Assembly (NCBI GenBank): GCA_965222155.1
Contig: CBDCTH010000004.1
Span: 256,001-320,000 of the forward strand
Source of the DNA: Gammaproteobacteria bacterium
Lineage (GTDB): Bacteria; Pseudomonadota; Gammaproteobacteria; Eutrophobiales; Eutrophobiaceae
DNA: 64,000 nt
Reading direction: 5' to 3'
Positions 9,982 to 20,205 of this stretch are shown here, piece by piece (positions within the stretch are counted from its first letter, which is position 1; each line of letters starts with the position of its first letter). Both the position numbers and the translations under genes were made by a program. The notes below the pieces were generated by a model. It was not told where the DNA came from. It worked only from the letters and a program-made list of their open reading frames with translations, and ran no database searches.

Positions 9982-10517
9982 TGCTTCATCTTTTTTGGAT
10001 ATTTTTCTTTAACATAGTCAGGGCAAAGGAAGCGAACATCAATACCAACTTCTGACAAAGCATCCTTCCAACCCCACCACTTGCTGTCTGTTGCTTGAAA
10101 GATCGGCGGTTTTTGAGTGTCATAATGCGCGTTAGCCACTGCTACGAACTTTCGATCATCTGTATCAAAGTTTTCCAGATCATCATGTTCGGGAAATTCT
10201 TTATACGTGTATTTTAGGCGGTGAATTGAAATGCGTGCGACTTTATCGCGGTACCATTGATAGTCATGGACCCATTTCATAAACTTGTCTCCCAGCCCAG
10301 GCGCTCCCTTATAAGAGAGGTATCTGGAGTATTCTTCAACTATTTCTCCGGTGTCATCAATGACCAAGCCACCATTCTTGCAAACATGGTCAATGACTTT
10401 AACGCAGGCGTTTATACAGTCCAACGAAATACCGTTATTTACATCATAGCTGGTTGCAAGATTGGCAACTTTCGGAACGTTGGTATCAATCACACACTTA
10501 TCAGGGAGATCGTTCAT
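9978..10517 (-). CDS. PIN-like nuclease domain protein
   Basis: VIDTNV ... EIVEEY ... DDRKFVAVA ... ATDSKW acidic pattern typical of PIN folds. Confidence 0.7.
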   Translation of the reverse strand: MNDLPDKCVIDTNVPKVANLATSYDVNNGISLDCINACVKVIDHVCKNGGLVIDDTGEIVEEYSRYLSYKGAPGLGDKFMKWVHDYQWYRDKVARISIHRLKYTYKEFPEHDDLENFDTDDRKFVAVANAHYDTQKPPIFQATDSKWWGWKDALSEVGIDVRFLCPDYVKEKYPKKMKQ

Positions 10518-11923
10518 TCATCTCCGGTTGCAGCAGCAGATTCCTGTTCCAACCGCCTCTGCACAGCCCATTTTGCCTGTTCCGTAATATCTCCCATCTC
10601 ATCCCCGAAAAAGTGATTCGGCCAATTTCGAATGTTGCCAAAAGGATCAATTTTTAATGGCTCCAGGATTGGTCGTGCGCCGGAGGTATTTGCGAAATAG
10701 GCCGATACTTCGTCCTCTGATATTATTTCCTCGGCGATACGTCGTTGTAGTCGCCTGAGGAAATGTTCAGAATGAGTCTCTATAATCAGTTGAATGTTTC
10801 TGGCTGAATAATTTTCGCGTGATTTTATTACATCAATCATCACATCTGCCAATGCCGATTGAGCTCTGGGATGGAGATGAATCTCCGGTTGCTCCATAAT
10901 GATGATCGAACCGGGTGGAGCATAGAAACACTGCACGAGTACAGGGAGCACTTGGGAAATACCGAAACCGACATCCGGAAGATCCACCCAGTCTGTCGAA
11001 AGCTTGGTCCTGAGCTTCACCTCATACTCCTGTCGTAGTTCAGAAATGGGCTTGATCTCAAATTCATCAATTAATTCCATCTCCTTGAGCTTTAACGCGA
11101 TAATCTCTTCAAGAAACATATTCCACTTATTGGGCCCGGGACTGATTTTGCGCCCTCTAGCCGCTATAATGGCTGCTACAGTATATTCGCCCGTGAATCC
11201 CACACTATCCGGTTTTGTCCCAGACCAAGCATACAGCCGTTCGGCTTTTGTACGTAGTGGGCCGAGATAGTAAAGCGACCGGAACAATCTTTCGTGCTGC
11301 AAGTTCAAATCTTGAACAAAATCAGCATTTTGATAGTAAGCAACTACTTCGTCAGGAAATCCATAAAAGCGAAGGGGGGCGCCCAGAGGCCAAGCGCGAC
11401 CCCTTTTGCGTATCAATATATCCGGGTCAGGCGTAATCTCATATTCTGACTTGGCCTCAGGTGTACGTTTCATTTCAATGATTAAATTGATTTTATCGTT
11501 TTCATGTAACTCGTATTTAAGATTGTTCACAAGCGGTGTCGGTACGCGCTGATTTTTTTCAAGCTCAACTTCGGCTTGAAAATCTAATTCAACTCCAGAA
11601 AATGTATCCCCTGAAATTGGATCTTTGAATCTCAAAGTATCCAATGATGACCATCTGTACTTAAACTCTATTCTTTCTGTTGGGTCACGCCCATATACCA
11701 TCTTCTGGAAAGAACCGAGTTGTACTACTGAGTCTTTTCCGCCCGGATAAAATACGGTTCTTCGGTCAGATGAATCAGCCGTTTGTTTCAACATCATTAG
11801 GAACTGACCTATACTAGATTTACCGGAACTGTTGGCGCCAAAAAACAGAGTAATTGGGGCCAGACGAATATCGCCAGTATCCTTCCAAGCCTTGAAATTT
11901 TGAATTCGTAAACTTTTGAGCAT
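10514..11923 (-). CDS. ABC-type ATPase (AAA_15/AAA_21-like) with C-terminal DUF3696
   Basis: Walker A GANSSGKS, signature VGFGISQ, Walker B/D-loop IIMEQPEIHLHP, H-loop IETHSEH, C-terminal IDPFGNIRNWPNHFFG. Confidence 0.88.
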   Translation of the reverse strand: MLKSLRIQNFKAWKDTGDIRLAPITLFFGANSSGKSSIGQFLMMLKQTADSSDRRTVFYPGGKDSVVQLGSFQKMVYGRDPTERIEFKYRWSSLDTLRFKDPISGDTFSGVELDFQAEVELEKNQRVPTPLVNNLKYELHENDKINLIIEMKRTPEAKSEYEITPDPDILIRKRGRAWPLGAPLRFYGFPDEVVAYYQNADFVQDLNLQHERLFRSLYYLGPLRTKAERLYAWSGTKPDSVGFTGEYTVAAIIAARGRKISPGPNKWNMFLEEIIALKLKEMELIDEFEIKPISELRQEYEVKLRTKLSTDWVDLPDVGFGISQVLPVLVQCFYAPPGSIIIMEQPEIHLHPRAQSALADVMIDVIKSRENYSARNIQLIIETHSEHFLRRLQRRIAEEIISEDEVSAYFANTSGARPILEPLKIDPFGNIRNWPNHFFGDEMGDITEQAKWAVQRRLEQESAAATGDE

Positions 11924-11954
11924 TTTACTATTCTATAAGTTGTGATAACGGGAC

Positions 11955-12269
11955 CTATAAGTTGCCTGTAGCAATCCAGCGATACTTTACTATGTCAATT
12001 GTATCATCCTCTGAGAAAACGATGCCCTCCGCTTCAAGCAAGATCCGTTGCATGTAATGTCCTTCCGAGCCGCTGCGCAGGCTGATCATGCCCTGGCTGT
12101 TGATGATCCTGTGCCAGGGTATCGCGCTGTCGCCGGACAGGGCCGCCATGGCGTAGCCCACCTGCCGTGCTGAGCATTTCCCCGCCAGCCCGGCTATCTG
12201 GCCGTAAGTGGCAACCTTTCCTTCCGGGACCCGGCGCACCCATTCATAGATTCTGTCATAAACGCTCAT
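11955..12269 (-). CDS. Alkyltransferase-like (ATL/YbaZ, MGMT family) protein
   Basis: VPEGKVATYGQIA, ARQVGYAM, IPWHRIIN (Trp replaces catalytic Cys, as in ATL proteins). Confidence 0.9.
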   Translation of the reverse strand: MSVYDRIYEWVRRVPEGKVATYGQIAGLAGKCSARQVGYAMAALSGDSAIPWHRIINSQGMISLRSGSEGHYMQRILLEAEGIVFSEDDTIDIVKYRWIATGNL

Positions 12270-12570
12270 TAAACCTGTCTATCCGGGTTACCTGCACCTG
12301 GTAGTCGGCGTACCACTTTGAGCGCCCCAGTTCCTGGGCCGTCCGGTGTTCCGGGTGCGCTTTCCAGGCCTTGACGGCGTCGAGACTTTCCCAGTAGGAA
12401 ATGGTGATCTCGCGCCTTCCTTCCATATTGTGGTATTTGCCGATATAACCGGGCTGTTCCTGAACCAGTTCATTCATCCTTTGCGCCATATCCGCATAAC
12501 CGGTCACGTCGGCAGCCATTTCTGCGGTGAATACCACCGCGTAATAGCTGTCATCCTTATCTCTCATCAT
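12256..12570 (-). CDS. Antibiotic biosynthesis monooxygenase (ABM) family protein
   Basis: YYAVVF, QPGYIG, ITISYWES, WKAHPEHRTAQELGRSKWY. Confidence 0.85.
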   Translation of the reverse strand: MMRDKDDSYYAVVFTAEMAADVTGYADMAQRMNELVQEQPGYIGKYHNMEGRREITISYWESLDAVKAWKAHPEHRTAQELGRSKWYADYQVQVTRIDRFNERL

Positions 12571-14002
12571 CTCGTAACCGGCTTGCCGTTTCCGTAATCA
12601 ACTGCCATGCTTGTTGGACGTGTTCCAGCTCGGTGCGGGTCTGGCCGATGCAGATGCGGATGACAAAGCGTTCGTTCAGCTTCGTATGGGTGAGGAAAAT
12701 ATCGCCGCTTTCGTTGAGTTCATCCATGATCTTCCTGTTCAGTTCATCGCTGCCGCGATGGCGCAGGCAGACCAGGTTGAACGGCGCCGGCGCGACGATT
12801 TCAAAATGTTTATCGGCCTCGATCCACTCAACCAGTTGCCGGGTCAATTCGATATGCCGGCGTATATGGTATTGCAGGCCTTCGACACCGTAATAGCGCA
12901 ATACGAACCAGAGCTTGAGCGCGCGGAAGCGGCGGCCCAGCGGCACCTGCCAGTCACGGTAATCAAACACCGCGCCGCTTTCCGTCGCCTCATTAAGCAG
13001 GTATTCGGGCAGGATGGACAAGGCGTTGATCAACGCGGCCCGGTCGGCCACCCAGAAGCAACTGCAATCGAAATTGGTGAACATCCATTTATGGGGATTG
13101 AAGCAATAACTGTCGGCGTATTCAATGCCGTCATGGAGATAACGGTATTCAGGGCATATTGCCGCCGTGCCCGACATGGCCGCGTCCACATGGAACCACA
13201 GGCCTTCGTCAGCGCAGATCGTGCCGATTGCAGCAATCGGATCGAGCGCGTTGGATGAAGTGGTGCCCAAAGTAGCGCAGACAAAGATGGGGCGCAGCCC
13301 GGCGGCCTTGTCGGCCTTGATCTGCGCAGCCAGTTTGCCTGCGTCCAGGGCAAAGTTCTCATCGACTGCAACCTGGCGCAGGTTGGCGCGCCCCAGGCCG
13401 GCTATGCCCATGGCTTTTTCCAGGGAGGAATGGGTTTGTGTGGAGCAGTATGCGACCTGTTTACCATCACAGCCTTCCCGGTTTGTACGCAGGCCGGAGT
13501 CTCTCTCACGCGCCGCGAGCAGGGCGCACAGGATGGCGCTGGAAGCAGTGTCCTGGATCACGCCGCCGCCGTTACCCTTTGAACGGTACTTGTCCGGCAG
13601 TGCCAACAGGTCTGCCAGCCAGTCCAGCACCCGGGTTTCCAGTTCCGTACAGGCGGGACTGGTCGACCATAACATCCCCTGCACCCCGAGACCGGATGAC
13701 AGCAGGTCGCCCAAAATGGCAGGCCCCGAGGTATTGGCGGGGAAATAGGCATGGAAGTGAGGGGATTGCCAATGGGTGACGCCGGGCAGGATTTTATCCT
13801 CGACATCCCGGATAATTTCCGCAAAATCTTCGCCTTGTACAGGTACGGCACTGGCCAGGGAGTCCCCGATCTCACCGGGTTTTACGGAGGAAAGAATGGG
13901 AAAGCGGTCTACTTTTTCATAGTAATCTGCTATCCAGTCGATCATCTCCTTGCCATGGCGGCGGAAATCTTCCACCGACATGTGATAACTTCGTTCACTC
14001 AT
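12557..14002 (-). CDS. PLP-dependent aromatic L-amino acid decarboxylase (group II)
   Basis: [39 protein letters not shown] (PLP Lys), [21 protein letters not shown]. Confidence 0.9.
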   Translation of the reverse strand: MSERSYHMSVEDFRRHGKEMIDWIADYYEKVDRFPILSSVKPGEIGDSLASAVPVQGEDFAEIIRDVEDKILPGVTHWQSPHFHAYFPANTSGPAILGDLLSSGLGVQGMLWSTSPACTELETRVLDWLADLLALPDKYRSKGNGGGVIQDTASSAILCALLAARERDSGLRTNREGCDGKQVAYCSTQTHSSLEKAMGIAGLGRANLRQVAVDENFALDAGKLAAQIKADKAAGLRPIFVCATLGTTSSNALDPIAAIGTICADEGLWFHVDAAMSGTAAICPEYRYLHDGIEYADSYCFNPHKWMFTNFDCSCFWVADRAALINALSILPEYLLNEATESGAVFDYRDWQVPLGRRFRALKLWFVLRYYGVEGLQYHIRRHIELTRQLVEWIEADKHFEIVAPAPFNLVCLRHRGSDELNRKIMDELNESGDIFLTHTKLNERFVIRICIGQTRTELEHVQQAWQLITETASRLRDDER

Positions 14003-15674
14003 CGGTAACGCAACCGAGCGAGGCTGACTTCACGCTCTTGATATATTTGTACAGGGTGCCGCGCTTCGCCTTGTACTGGGGCATTATCCAGTCTGCCTTG
14101 CGTTGCGCCAGTTCGTCATCGGACAGGTCCACGTTTATCTGGTTGTGTTCGGCATTGATTGTGATTAAATCACCGGTTTTGATCAAGGCAATGGGACCGC
14201 CTTCCTGGGCTTCCGGCACTACGTGGCCGATGATAAACCCGTGGGACCCGCCGGAAAACCGGCCATCGGTGATCATGGCAACGTCATTACCCAGTCCTGC
14301 GCCCATGATGGCGGATGTCGGGGTCAGCATTTCCGGCATCCCCGGCCCGCCCTTGGGACCCTCGTAACGGATCACGACCACGTCGCCTTTTTCAATCCGG
14401 TCCTGTTCCAGCGCCGCCAGCATGTCTTCTTCCGAGTCAAATACCCTGGCTGGGCCGCTGAACACTTCCCCTTCCTTGCCGGTGATCTTCGCCACCGCGC
14501 CGCCGGGCGCCAGGTTGCCCTTCAGGATGCGGATATGGCCGTTGGCCTTGAACGGTTTGTCCAGCGGCCGGAGAATGTCCTGCCCTTCACTCAGTGCCGG
14601 CGCATCAGCCAGGTTTTCAGCGATGGTCTTTCCCGTCACCGTCATGCAATCGCCATCGATCATGCCGTTTTCCAGCAGGAACTTCATCACCGCCGGTACG
14701 CCGCCGACCTTGTGCAGGTCCTGCATCACGTAGCGGCCGCTGGGCTTCAGGTCGGCCAGGTAGGGGGTACGGTCGCTGACTGCCTGGAAGTCATCGATAC
14801 CCAGTGCCACATCCACGGACCGGGCCATGGCGATCAGGTGCATTACCGCGTTGGTGGAGCCGCCGAGCACGGTGACGAGGACCATGGCATTTTCAAAAGC
14901 GGCGCGCGTCATGATATCCCGCGGCTTGAGGTCCAGTTCAAGGAGTTTTTTGACGGCGGCCCCAGCCTGGATGCATTCGTCCAGCTTCTGCGGATCCACT
15001 GCCGGCGTTGACGAACTGTAGGGCAACGACATGCCCAGCGCCTCTATTGCCGAGGCCATGGTGTTGGCCGTGTACATGCCGCTACAGGCGCCGGGACCCG
15101 GACAGGCCGAACGCACGATGGCGTTGCGGTCTCGTTCGTCAATCCGGCCCGAGATGAATTCGCCGTAGCTCTGGAACGCGGAGATGATGTCCACCTTGTT
15201 GCCCTGGTGATAACCCGGCTTGATGGCACCGCCGTAAATCATGAGGGAAGGACGGTTCAGGCGGCCCATGGCCATGATGCAGCCGGGCATGTTCTTGTCA
15301 CACCCCGGGATTGAAACATTGGCGTCGTACCATTGCGCGCACATGATGGTTTCGATGGAATCTGCAATGAGGTCCCGGGATTGCAGGGAAAAACTCATGC
15401 CTTCCGTGCCCATGGATATGGCATCGCTTACGCCGACGGTGTTAAAGCGCATACCAATCAGATCCTGGGCCTCCACCCCTTCCTTGACCCTGGCAGCCAG
15501 GTCCAGCAGGTGCATATTGCAGGTATTTCCTTCGAACCAGACACTGGCAATGCCCACTTGGGGCTTGGCCATGTCCTTTTCGGTCATACCGGTACCGTAG
15601 AGCATGGCCTGTGAGGCGCCCTGTGATTTCTCCTGGGTCACCCTTGCGCTGTAACGGTTTAATTGTTCAGTCAT
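13995..15674 (-). CDS. ilvD: Dihydroxy-acid dehydratase
   Basis: [45 protein letters not shown]. Confidence 0.96.
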   Translation of the reverse strand: MTEQLNRYSARVTQEKSQGASQAMLYGTGMTEKDMAKPQVGIASVWFEGNTCNMHLLDLAARVKEGVEAQDLIGMRFNTVGVSDAISMGTEGMSFSLQSRDLIADSIETIMCAQWYDANVSIPGCDKNMPGCIMAMGRLNRPSLMIYGGAIKPGYHQGNKVDIISAFQSYGEFISGRIDERDRNAIVRSACPGPGACSGMYTANTMASAIEALGMSLPYSSSTPAVDPQKLDECIQAGAAVKKLLELDLKPRDIMTRAAFENAMVLVTVLGGSTNAVMHLIAMARSVDVALGIDDFQAVSDRTPYLADLKPSGRYVMQDLHKVGGVPAVMKFLLENGMIDGDCMTVTGKTIAENLADAPALSEGQDILRPLDKPFKANGHIRILKGNLAPGGAVAKITGKEGEVFSGPARVFDSEEDMLAALEQDRIEKGDVVVIRYEGPKGGPGMPEMLTPTSAIMGAGLGNDVAMITDGRFSGGSHGFIIGHVVPEAQEGGPIALIKTGDLITINAEHNQINVDLSDDELAQRKADWIMPQYKAKRGTLYKYIKSVKSASLGCVTDE

Positions 15675-15866
15675 TATATTTTTCCCATAACTATGAATTG
15701 AATACAGGCATTTTTATCCGGGTCGCTGGCGGTAAAAGTGCCCCCTGCTTTGAATAATGAGTATAGCGGACGGAAAACATCTATTTAGTGTTATCATCTG
15801 AGATAATCCCTGTCCCTGCATGCTTTAAGCAGGGATGCGTAATCTGCGGATAAATTCAAGGCTTAT

Positions 15867-17018
15867 ATGATAACACTACCCGCATTCAAAGAGTCTTTTG
15901 CCGCGCTGGTGGGAGCGCCTTCAGTGAGCAGCATAGACCCGCGCCATGACCAGAGTAATCTTCCCGTGGCGGACCTGCTGGCAAACTGGTTTGCCGACCT
16001 GGGTTTTGCCGTTGAGACGGTGCCGGTCAACAGCAGTGCGGACAAGGCCAACCTGATCGCGAGCCTGGGCGTCGGCGCCGGCGGCCTGGTCTTGTCGGGC
16101 CATACCGATACGGTGCCCTACACCGAGTCCGCCTGGCGCCAGGATCCCTTCAGGTTGACGGAAAGAGACGGGCGCTTTTACGGCCTGGGCACATCGGACA
16201 TGAAGTGTTTTTTCCCTATCGTGATGCAGGTGTTGCTGTCCCTGGACCTGAAAAAGATCAAGCGCCCCCTTATCCTGCTGGCAACCTGCGATGAAGAAAG
16301 CACCATGGCCGGCGCCAAGGCCCTGGTGGATGCAAACAGGGGTCTGGGGCGCTACGCACTCATCGGCGAACCGACGGGTTTAAAACCCGTCATCATGCAC
16401 AAAGGGGTGATGATCGAGACCATTACCCTCAAGGGCAAGGCCGGACATGCCAGTAATCCGTCCCTGGGCAACAATGCCATGGAAGGTATGTATGAAGTCA
16501 TGCAGACCCTGCTCGATTGGCGCAGTCGCCTGCAGCAGGAGTTCTCCAACGGAAACTTCGATGTGCCGGTCCCGACCTTGAACTTTGGCAGTATTCACGG
16601 CGGCGACAGTCCTAACCGGATCTGCGCCGAGTGTGAGCTCAAGATCGACCTCAGGTTATTGCCGCGCATGCACATCGGTGAGGTTCGACAACAGTTGCGC
16701 CGGACGGTGACACAGGCGCTCGCCGGGAGCGGCCTGACCGTGGAGTTCGATGAGGTATTTCCCGGGACGCCCCCCATGGAAACCGATCCTCTGAGTGAGA
16801 TCGTCACCGTGGCGGAGAGACTGACCGGACATGCCGCCGGGCCCGTCAATTTCGGCACGGAAGGGCCGTACCTGAATTCTCTCGGCATGGACACGGTCGT
16901 GCTGGGACCGGGGGATATCGACCAGGCTCACCAGGCCAATGAATATATCGAGCAGAAACGCATTCGGCCCATGCAGGACCTGCTGAAAAAGATGATTACC
17001 CATTTCTGCCTGTCATGA
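15867..17018 (+). CDS. argE: Acetylornithine deacetylase
   Basis: LSGHTDTVP, GLGTSDMK, DEE, IGEPT, GPGDIDQAHQANEY; adjacent to argA. Confidence 0.92.
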   Translation: MITLPAFKESFAALVGAPSVSSIDPRHDQSNLPVADLLANWFADLGFAVETVPVNSSADKANLIASLGVGAGGLVLSGHTDTVPYTESAWRQDPFRLTERDGRFYGLGTSDMKCFFPIVMQVLLSLDLKKIKRPLILLATCDEESTMAGAKALVDANRGLGRYALIGEPTGLKPVIMHKGVMIETITLKGKAGHASNPSLGNNAMEGMYEVMQTLLDWRSRLQQEFSNGNFDVPVPTLNFGSIHGGDSPNRICAECELKIDLRLLPRMHIGEVRQQLRRTVTQALAGSGLTVEFDEVFPGTPPMETDPLSEIVTVAERLTGHAAGPVNFGTEGPYLNSLGMDTVVLGPGDIDQAHQANEYIEQKRIRPMQDLLKKMITHFCLS

Positions 17019-17321
17019 TCTGTCATACCAACCTCAGGGCGAACGCACACGTTAGAATCCAGGTTATCTTCGTTCCGGCGCAGGCCGAGTAGTGGCACAT
17101 GGATGTGCCGTCAACGGAGCGTAGGATGCAAATCCAGTCGAAAAAAACGCTTCCTTATGGTAAAAAGTTCGTTTGTTCGCTGGATTCAGGCCTGCGTCGG
17201 CATGGCGGACTGAGTTTTACGGTTGGTTTTCTGTCCTCAGAGGCAGAAGCTGAAAGTATGCGTTTGCCCAGATACCAACCTGTCATGACTGGATATTATC
17301 TTTATTTTCTGAGATGAAGGT

Positions 17322-18635
17322 ATGGACAAAACACAATTCGTAAGCTGGTTCCGGTCAGCTACGCCTTACATCCGCATCCACCGCGGCAGGACATTCGTTG
17401 CGCAGGTCAGTGACAGTATGCTTCACAGCGCTGGCTTTACTTCGCTGGTCCACGACGTGGCCCTGCTTACCAGCCTGGGCATCCGGCTGGTGCTGGTATT
17501 CGGTGCCCGCGCGTCCATAGAGGCCCGCCTGAATGAGAGGGGGGTGGATTCCAGCTATCACAACGGCATACGCGCCACCGACCCGGACACCATGGAAGCG
17601 GTCAAGACGGCTGCCGGACGGCTGCTGCTAAAACTGCAAGCCGGGCTGTCCATGGGGCTTGGCAACAGTCCCATGTCCAATGCGCAAATCAGGGTGAACA
17701 CGGGAAATTATGTTTCTGCAAGACCCCTGGGCGTGATCGATGGAGTGGATTATCAGCTCACTGGCGCCATCCGCTCTATCGACGGAGAGGCTATTGCCCA
17801 CAAGCTCGATAAGGGCGAAATCGTAGTCTTGCCTCCGTTGGGTTATTCTGTGACCGGAGAGGTCTATAATTTATCAGCGCTGGCCCTGGCGTCCGAGGTG
17901 GCAGTGGCTGTGCGTGCGGACAAACTGATTTATTTAATGGAAGAGGGCGCTCAGTCCGCAGTGATGGATGGCCGACAGGTCAACCAGTTGAACCGGGAAA
18001 ATGCCCGGGAGTTGTTGAGCCGGACTGATGAACATTCGGATGGTTATCATTACCTGAAACACGCGCTGGACGCCTGCGTCAACGGTGTTCAACGCGCACA
18101 CCTGCTTAATCGGGGGGAAGACGGCGCCATATTGAACGAACTGTTCACCCGGGACGGCGCCGGGCTGATGATTTCCACCTCTGCCTATGATGTGACGCGT
18201 AAAGCAGTCACTGATGATATCGGCGCTATCCTGGATTTGATCGATCCCCATGAGCAACAGGGCGCCTTGGTAAAACGCTCCAGGGAGAAACTGGAGTTGG
18301 AGGCGGATCACTTTACTATCCTGGTCCGGGATAGCGTCATCATCGGCTGCGTCGGCCTGTATCCCTTTCCCGATGACGGGATGGGAGAAGTGGCCTGCCT
18401 GGTGGTACACCCGGATTACCAGGATGCCGGTCACGGCAACCAGTTGCTTGACGAAGTGGAGAAAGAGGCACAACGCCAGGAGCTGGACAGCCTGTTTGTG
18501 CTGACCACCCAGGCCCAGCACTGGTTTCTCGAGCGGGGTTTCCATGAAGCCTCACTGGAGAACCTGCCCATGGCAAAACAGAGCTTGTACAACTATCAGC
18601 GCAACTCCAAAATCCTGGTCAAGCACCTGAAATAA
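17322..18635 (+). CDS. argA: Amino-acid N-acetyltransferase (N-acetylglutamate synthase)
   Basis: FVSWFRSATPYI AAK domain plus GNAT; ELFTRDG, LYNYQRNSK. Confidence 0.95.
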   Translation: MDKTQFVSWFRSATPYIRIHRGRTFVAQVSDSMLHSAGFTSLVHDVALLTSLGIRLVLVFGARASIEARLNERGVDSSYHNGIRATDPDTMEAVKTAAGRLLLKLQAGLSMGLGNSPMSNAQIRVNTGNYVSARPLGVIDGVDYQLTGAIRSIDGEAIAHKLDKGEIVVLPPLGYSVTGEVYNLSALALASEVAVAVRADKLIYLMEEGAQSAVMDGRQVNQLNRENARELLSRTDEHSDGYHYLKHALDACVNGVQRAHLLNRGEDGAILNELFTRDGAGLMISTSAYDVTRKAVTDDIGAILDLIDPHEQQGALVKRSREKLELEADHFTILVRDSVIIGCVGLYPFPDDGMGEVACLVVHPDYQDAGHGNQLLDEVEKEAQRQELDSLFVLTTQAQHWFLERGFHEASLENLPMAKQSLYNYQRNSKILVKHLK

Positions 18636-18648
18636 CACGCACAAGGTT

Positions 18649-18685
18649 CCCTCTCCCCCGCAGGGAGAGGGACAGGGTGAGGGGG
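18649..18685. repeat. Short palindromic CCCTCTCCC..GGGAGAGGG..GGGTGAGGG element
   Basis: ccctctcccccgcagggagagggacagggtgaggggg hairpin downstream of argA. Confidence 0.6.
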
Positions 18686-18766
18686 AGAACCAACCGGGTA
18701 CAGGGACAGCTTCGACCAGCGCCGGGGACAGATTTAAAATCTGTCCCCTTCGTCCCCTTCAAATAC

Positions 18767-19588
18767 TCACTCCACTGGGCCGACTTCCGTCATACTCCCA
18801 TCAGGATGGAGTTTCATGATCATGTTGTTTTCCACGATGATCGCATCGAAGCCCAGCCGGCGCTTTCTATCCAGCTCTTTGGCAACGGCATAGTCCAGAA
18901 CTTGCCCGATGAATTCCGAGTCCACGTCTTCTATACGACGCTTGGCGGGTGGCTCATATACGACGCCATCCAGCTCATAGGCTTCACGTTCCTCTTTCAC
19001 TTCAATTTGACCGGTCATGTTTGCTTGTCTTCTCATCACGTCAAACAGTTCGCTGTTTATCACTATAACATCTTCTCCTGTCTGCCGGAAAATAAGCCGT
19101 CTGGACCTCGTCGAATTGTCAAAACATTCTACTTCAGTACACAGGGGCGCGTAAAATATCAGCAGATTTTCCAAGGATCTGAGATAACGCCTGCGAATAT
19201 CCTGTTCGGGAATACCATGCCCGCCTTGTTGTACCCTCTGCCTGACCCGGTTTAATGATGCCTCCACACCGGGCAACCAGAGATAAATGAGATTAACGCA
19301 CCAACCGTCTTCCAGCATACGGCGCACTCTTGATAAATGAGACTTGCCGGAGAGAGTAGTCTCAAAAGCAAAATTTTCTCTTTTCCCGATTGATCGCGCA
19401 ATTTCCCATAAAAACAATTTCCCGGCCTCAAGCAGCTTTTCCTCCGCTCTAAGTGGAGCAAGGCCGGCAGCAATCATATCGGCATTAAGGAAAACACGGC
19501 AATCAATCAGCGGCAGGTACTTCAGCGCAAAGGTAGTTTTCCCAGCCCCGTTAGGCCCGGCTATGATTGTGCAAGTTGGTTTACTCAT
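18767..19588 (-). CDS. Zeta-toxin-like/COG4185 P-loop ATPase with extra C-terminal domain; start likely 19588
   Basis: IIAGPNGAGKTT, FLNADMIA, FAFETTLSG, RVRQRVQQGGHGIPE; upstream in-frame MESMGSDSID is encoded by a repeat. Confidence 0.8.
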   Translation of the reverse strand: MSKPTCTIIAGPNGAGKTTFALKYLPLIDCRVFLNADMIAAGLAPLRAEEKLLEAGKLFLWEIARSIGKRENFAFETTLSGKSHLSRVRRMLEDGWCVNLIYLWLPGVEASLNRVRQRVQQGGHGIPEQDIRRRYLRSLENLLIFYAPLCTEVECFDNSTRSRRLIFRQTGEDVIVINSELFDVMRRQANMTGQIEVKEEREAYELDGVVYEPPAKRRIEDVDSEFIGQVLDYAVAKELDRKRRLGFDAIIVENNMIMKLHPDGSMTEVGPVE

Positions 19589-19713
19589 TTTAAAATCAAT
19601 CGAGTCTGACCCCATTGATTCCATTGATTTCCTAACAATACAAATAGAAAAATTAAATTTTTCTATTTAAAAGTGGTATTGTGTGGTAGATCGTTCCCTA
19701 AAGGTACACAAAC

Positions 19714-19863
19714 ATGGTCATGATCAAAAAAACCAAACCGCGCGGGCGGCCTGTCGAAAACGTGATCCCGCTGATTGACGCAAAGCCTGAAGATGTTGCC
19801 GCTGCCATTATGCAGTCCCAGCCTAAGAAAGGCTGGGAATACCTAAAGCAGAAAAGTGGTTAA
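19714..19863 (+). CDS. Small hypothetical protein (49 aa), not in ORF track
   Basis: Manual translation MVMIKKTKPRGRPVENVIPLIDAKPEDVAAAIMQSQPKKGWEYLKQKSG*. Confidence 0.45.
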   Translation: MVMIKKTKPRGRPVENVIPLIDAKPEDVAAAIMQSQPKKGWEYLKQKSG

Positions 19864-19923
19864 ACTGGTTTTTGCCTAGTGTTCAGACAGCCGGTAGAGA
19901 TTTTCTGGTAAAAATCAGAACTA

Positions 19924-19942
19924 TTGACAATACTTTTGTCAA
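19924..19942. promoter_or_regulatory. Palindromic operator-like site overlapping a TTGACA hexamer
   Basis: TTGACAA-tactt-TTGTCAA in AT-rich intergenic DNA. Confidence 0.35.
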
Positions 19943-20205
19943 AATGCTTATATATCCAAATTATTTTTATAATTAACTTAAAGAGAGGTGAGGAGCACGG
20001 GCATGTTAAGACAAGCTTCTGTGCGGCGACAGAGTGCCGGATTATTTTTTCAACGAAGTAGTAGGTCAGCTATCGAAGCTTGATGATCTGCCCTATCCTG
20101 ATATAACCAGACAACTAAAATTTACAAATCCAGACAAAGAGTAATTGTCTACAGATAATGTAATAGCAAGCAAAAGTCTGGTGCTTGCTTAATTTGGCAT
20201 AACGG

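Noticed and set aside
9274-11923. Assignment to PARIS, Gabija, Septu, retron or PrrC/RloC
   Set aside because: No TOPRIM, UvrD helicase, HNH, reverse transcriptase or HEPN motif seen; the partner looks PIN-like.
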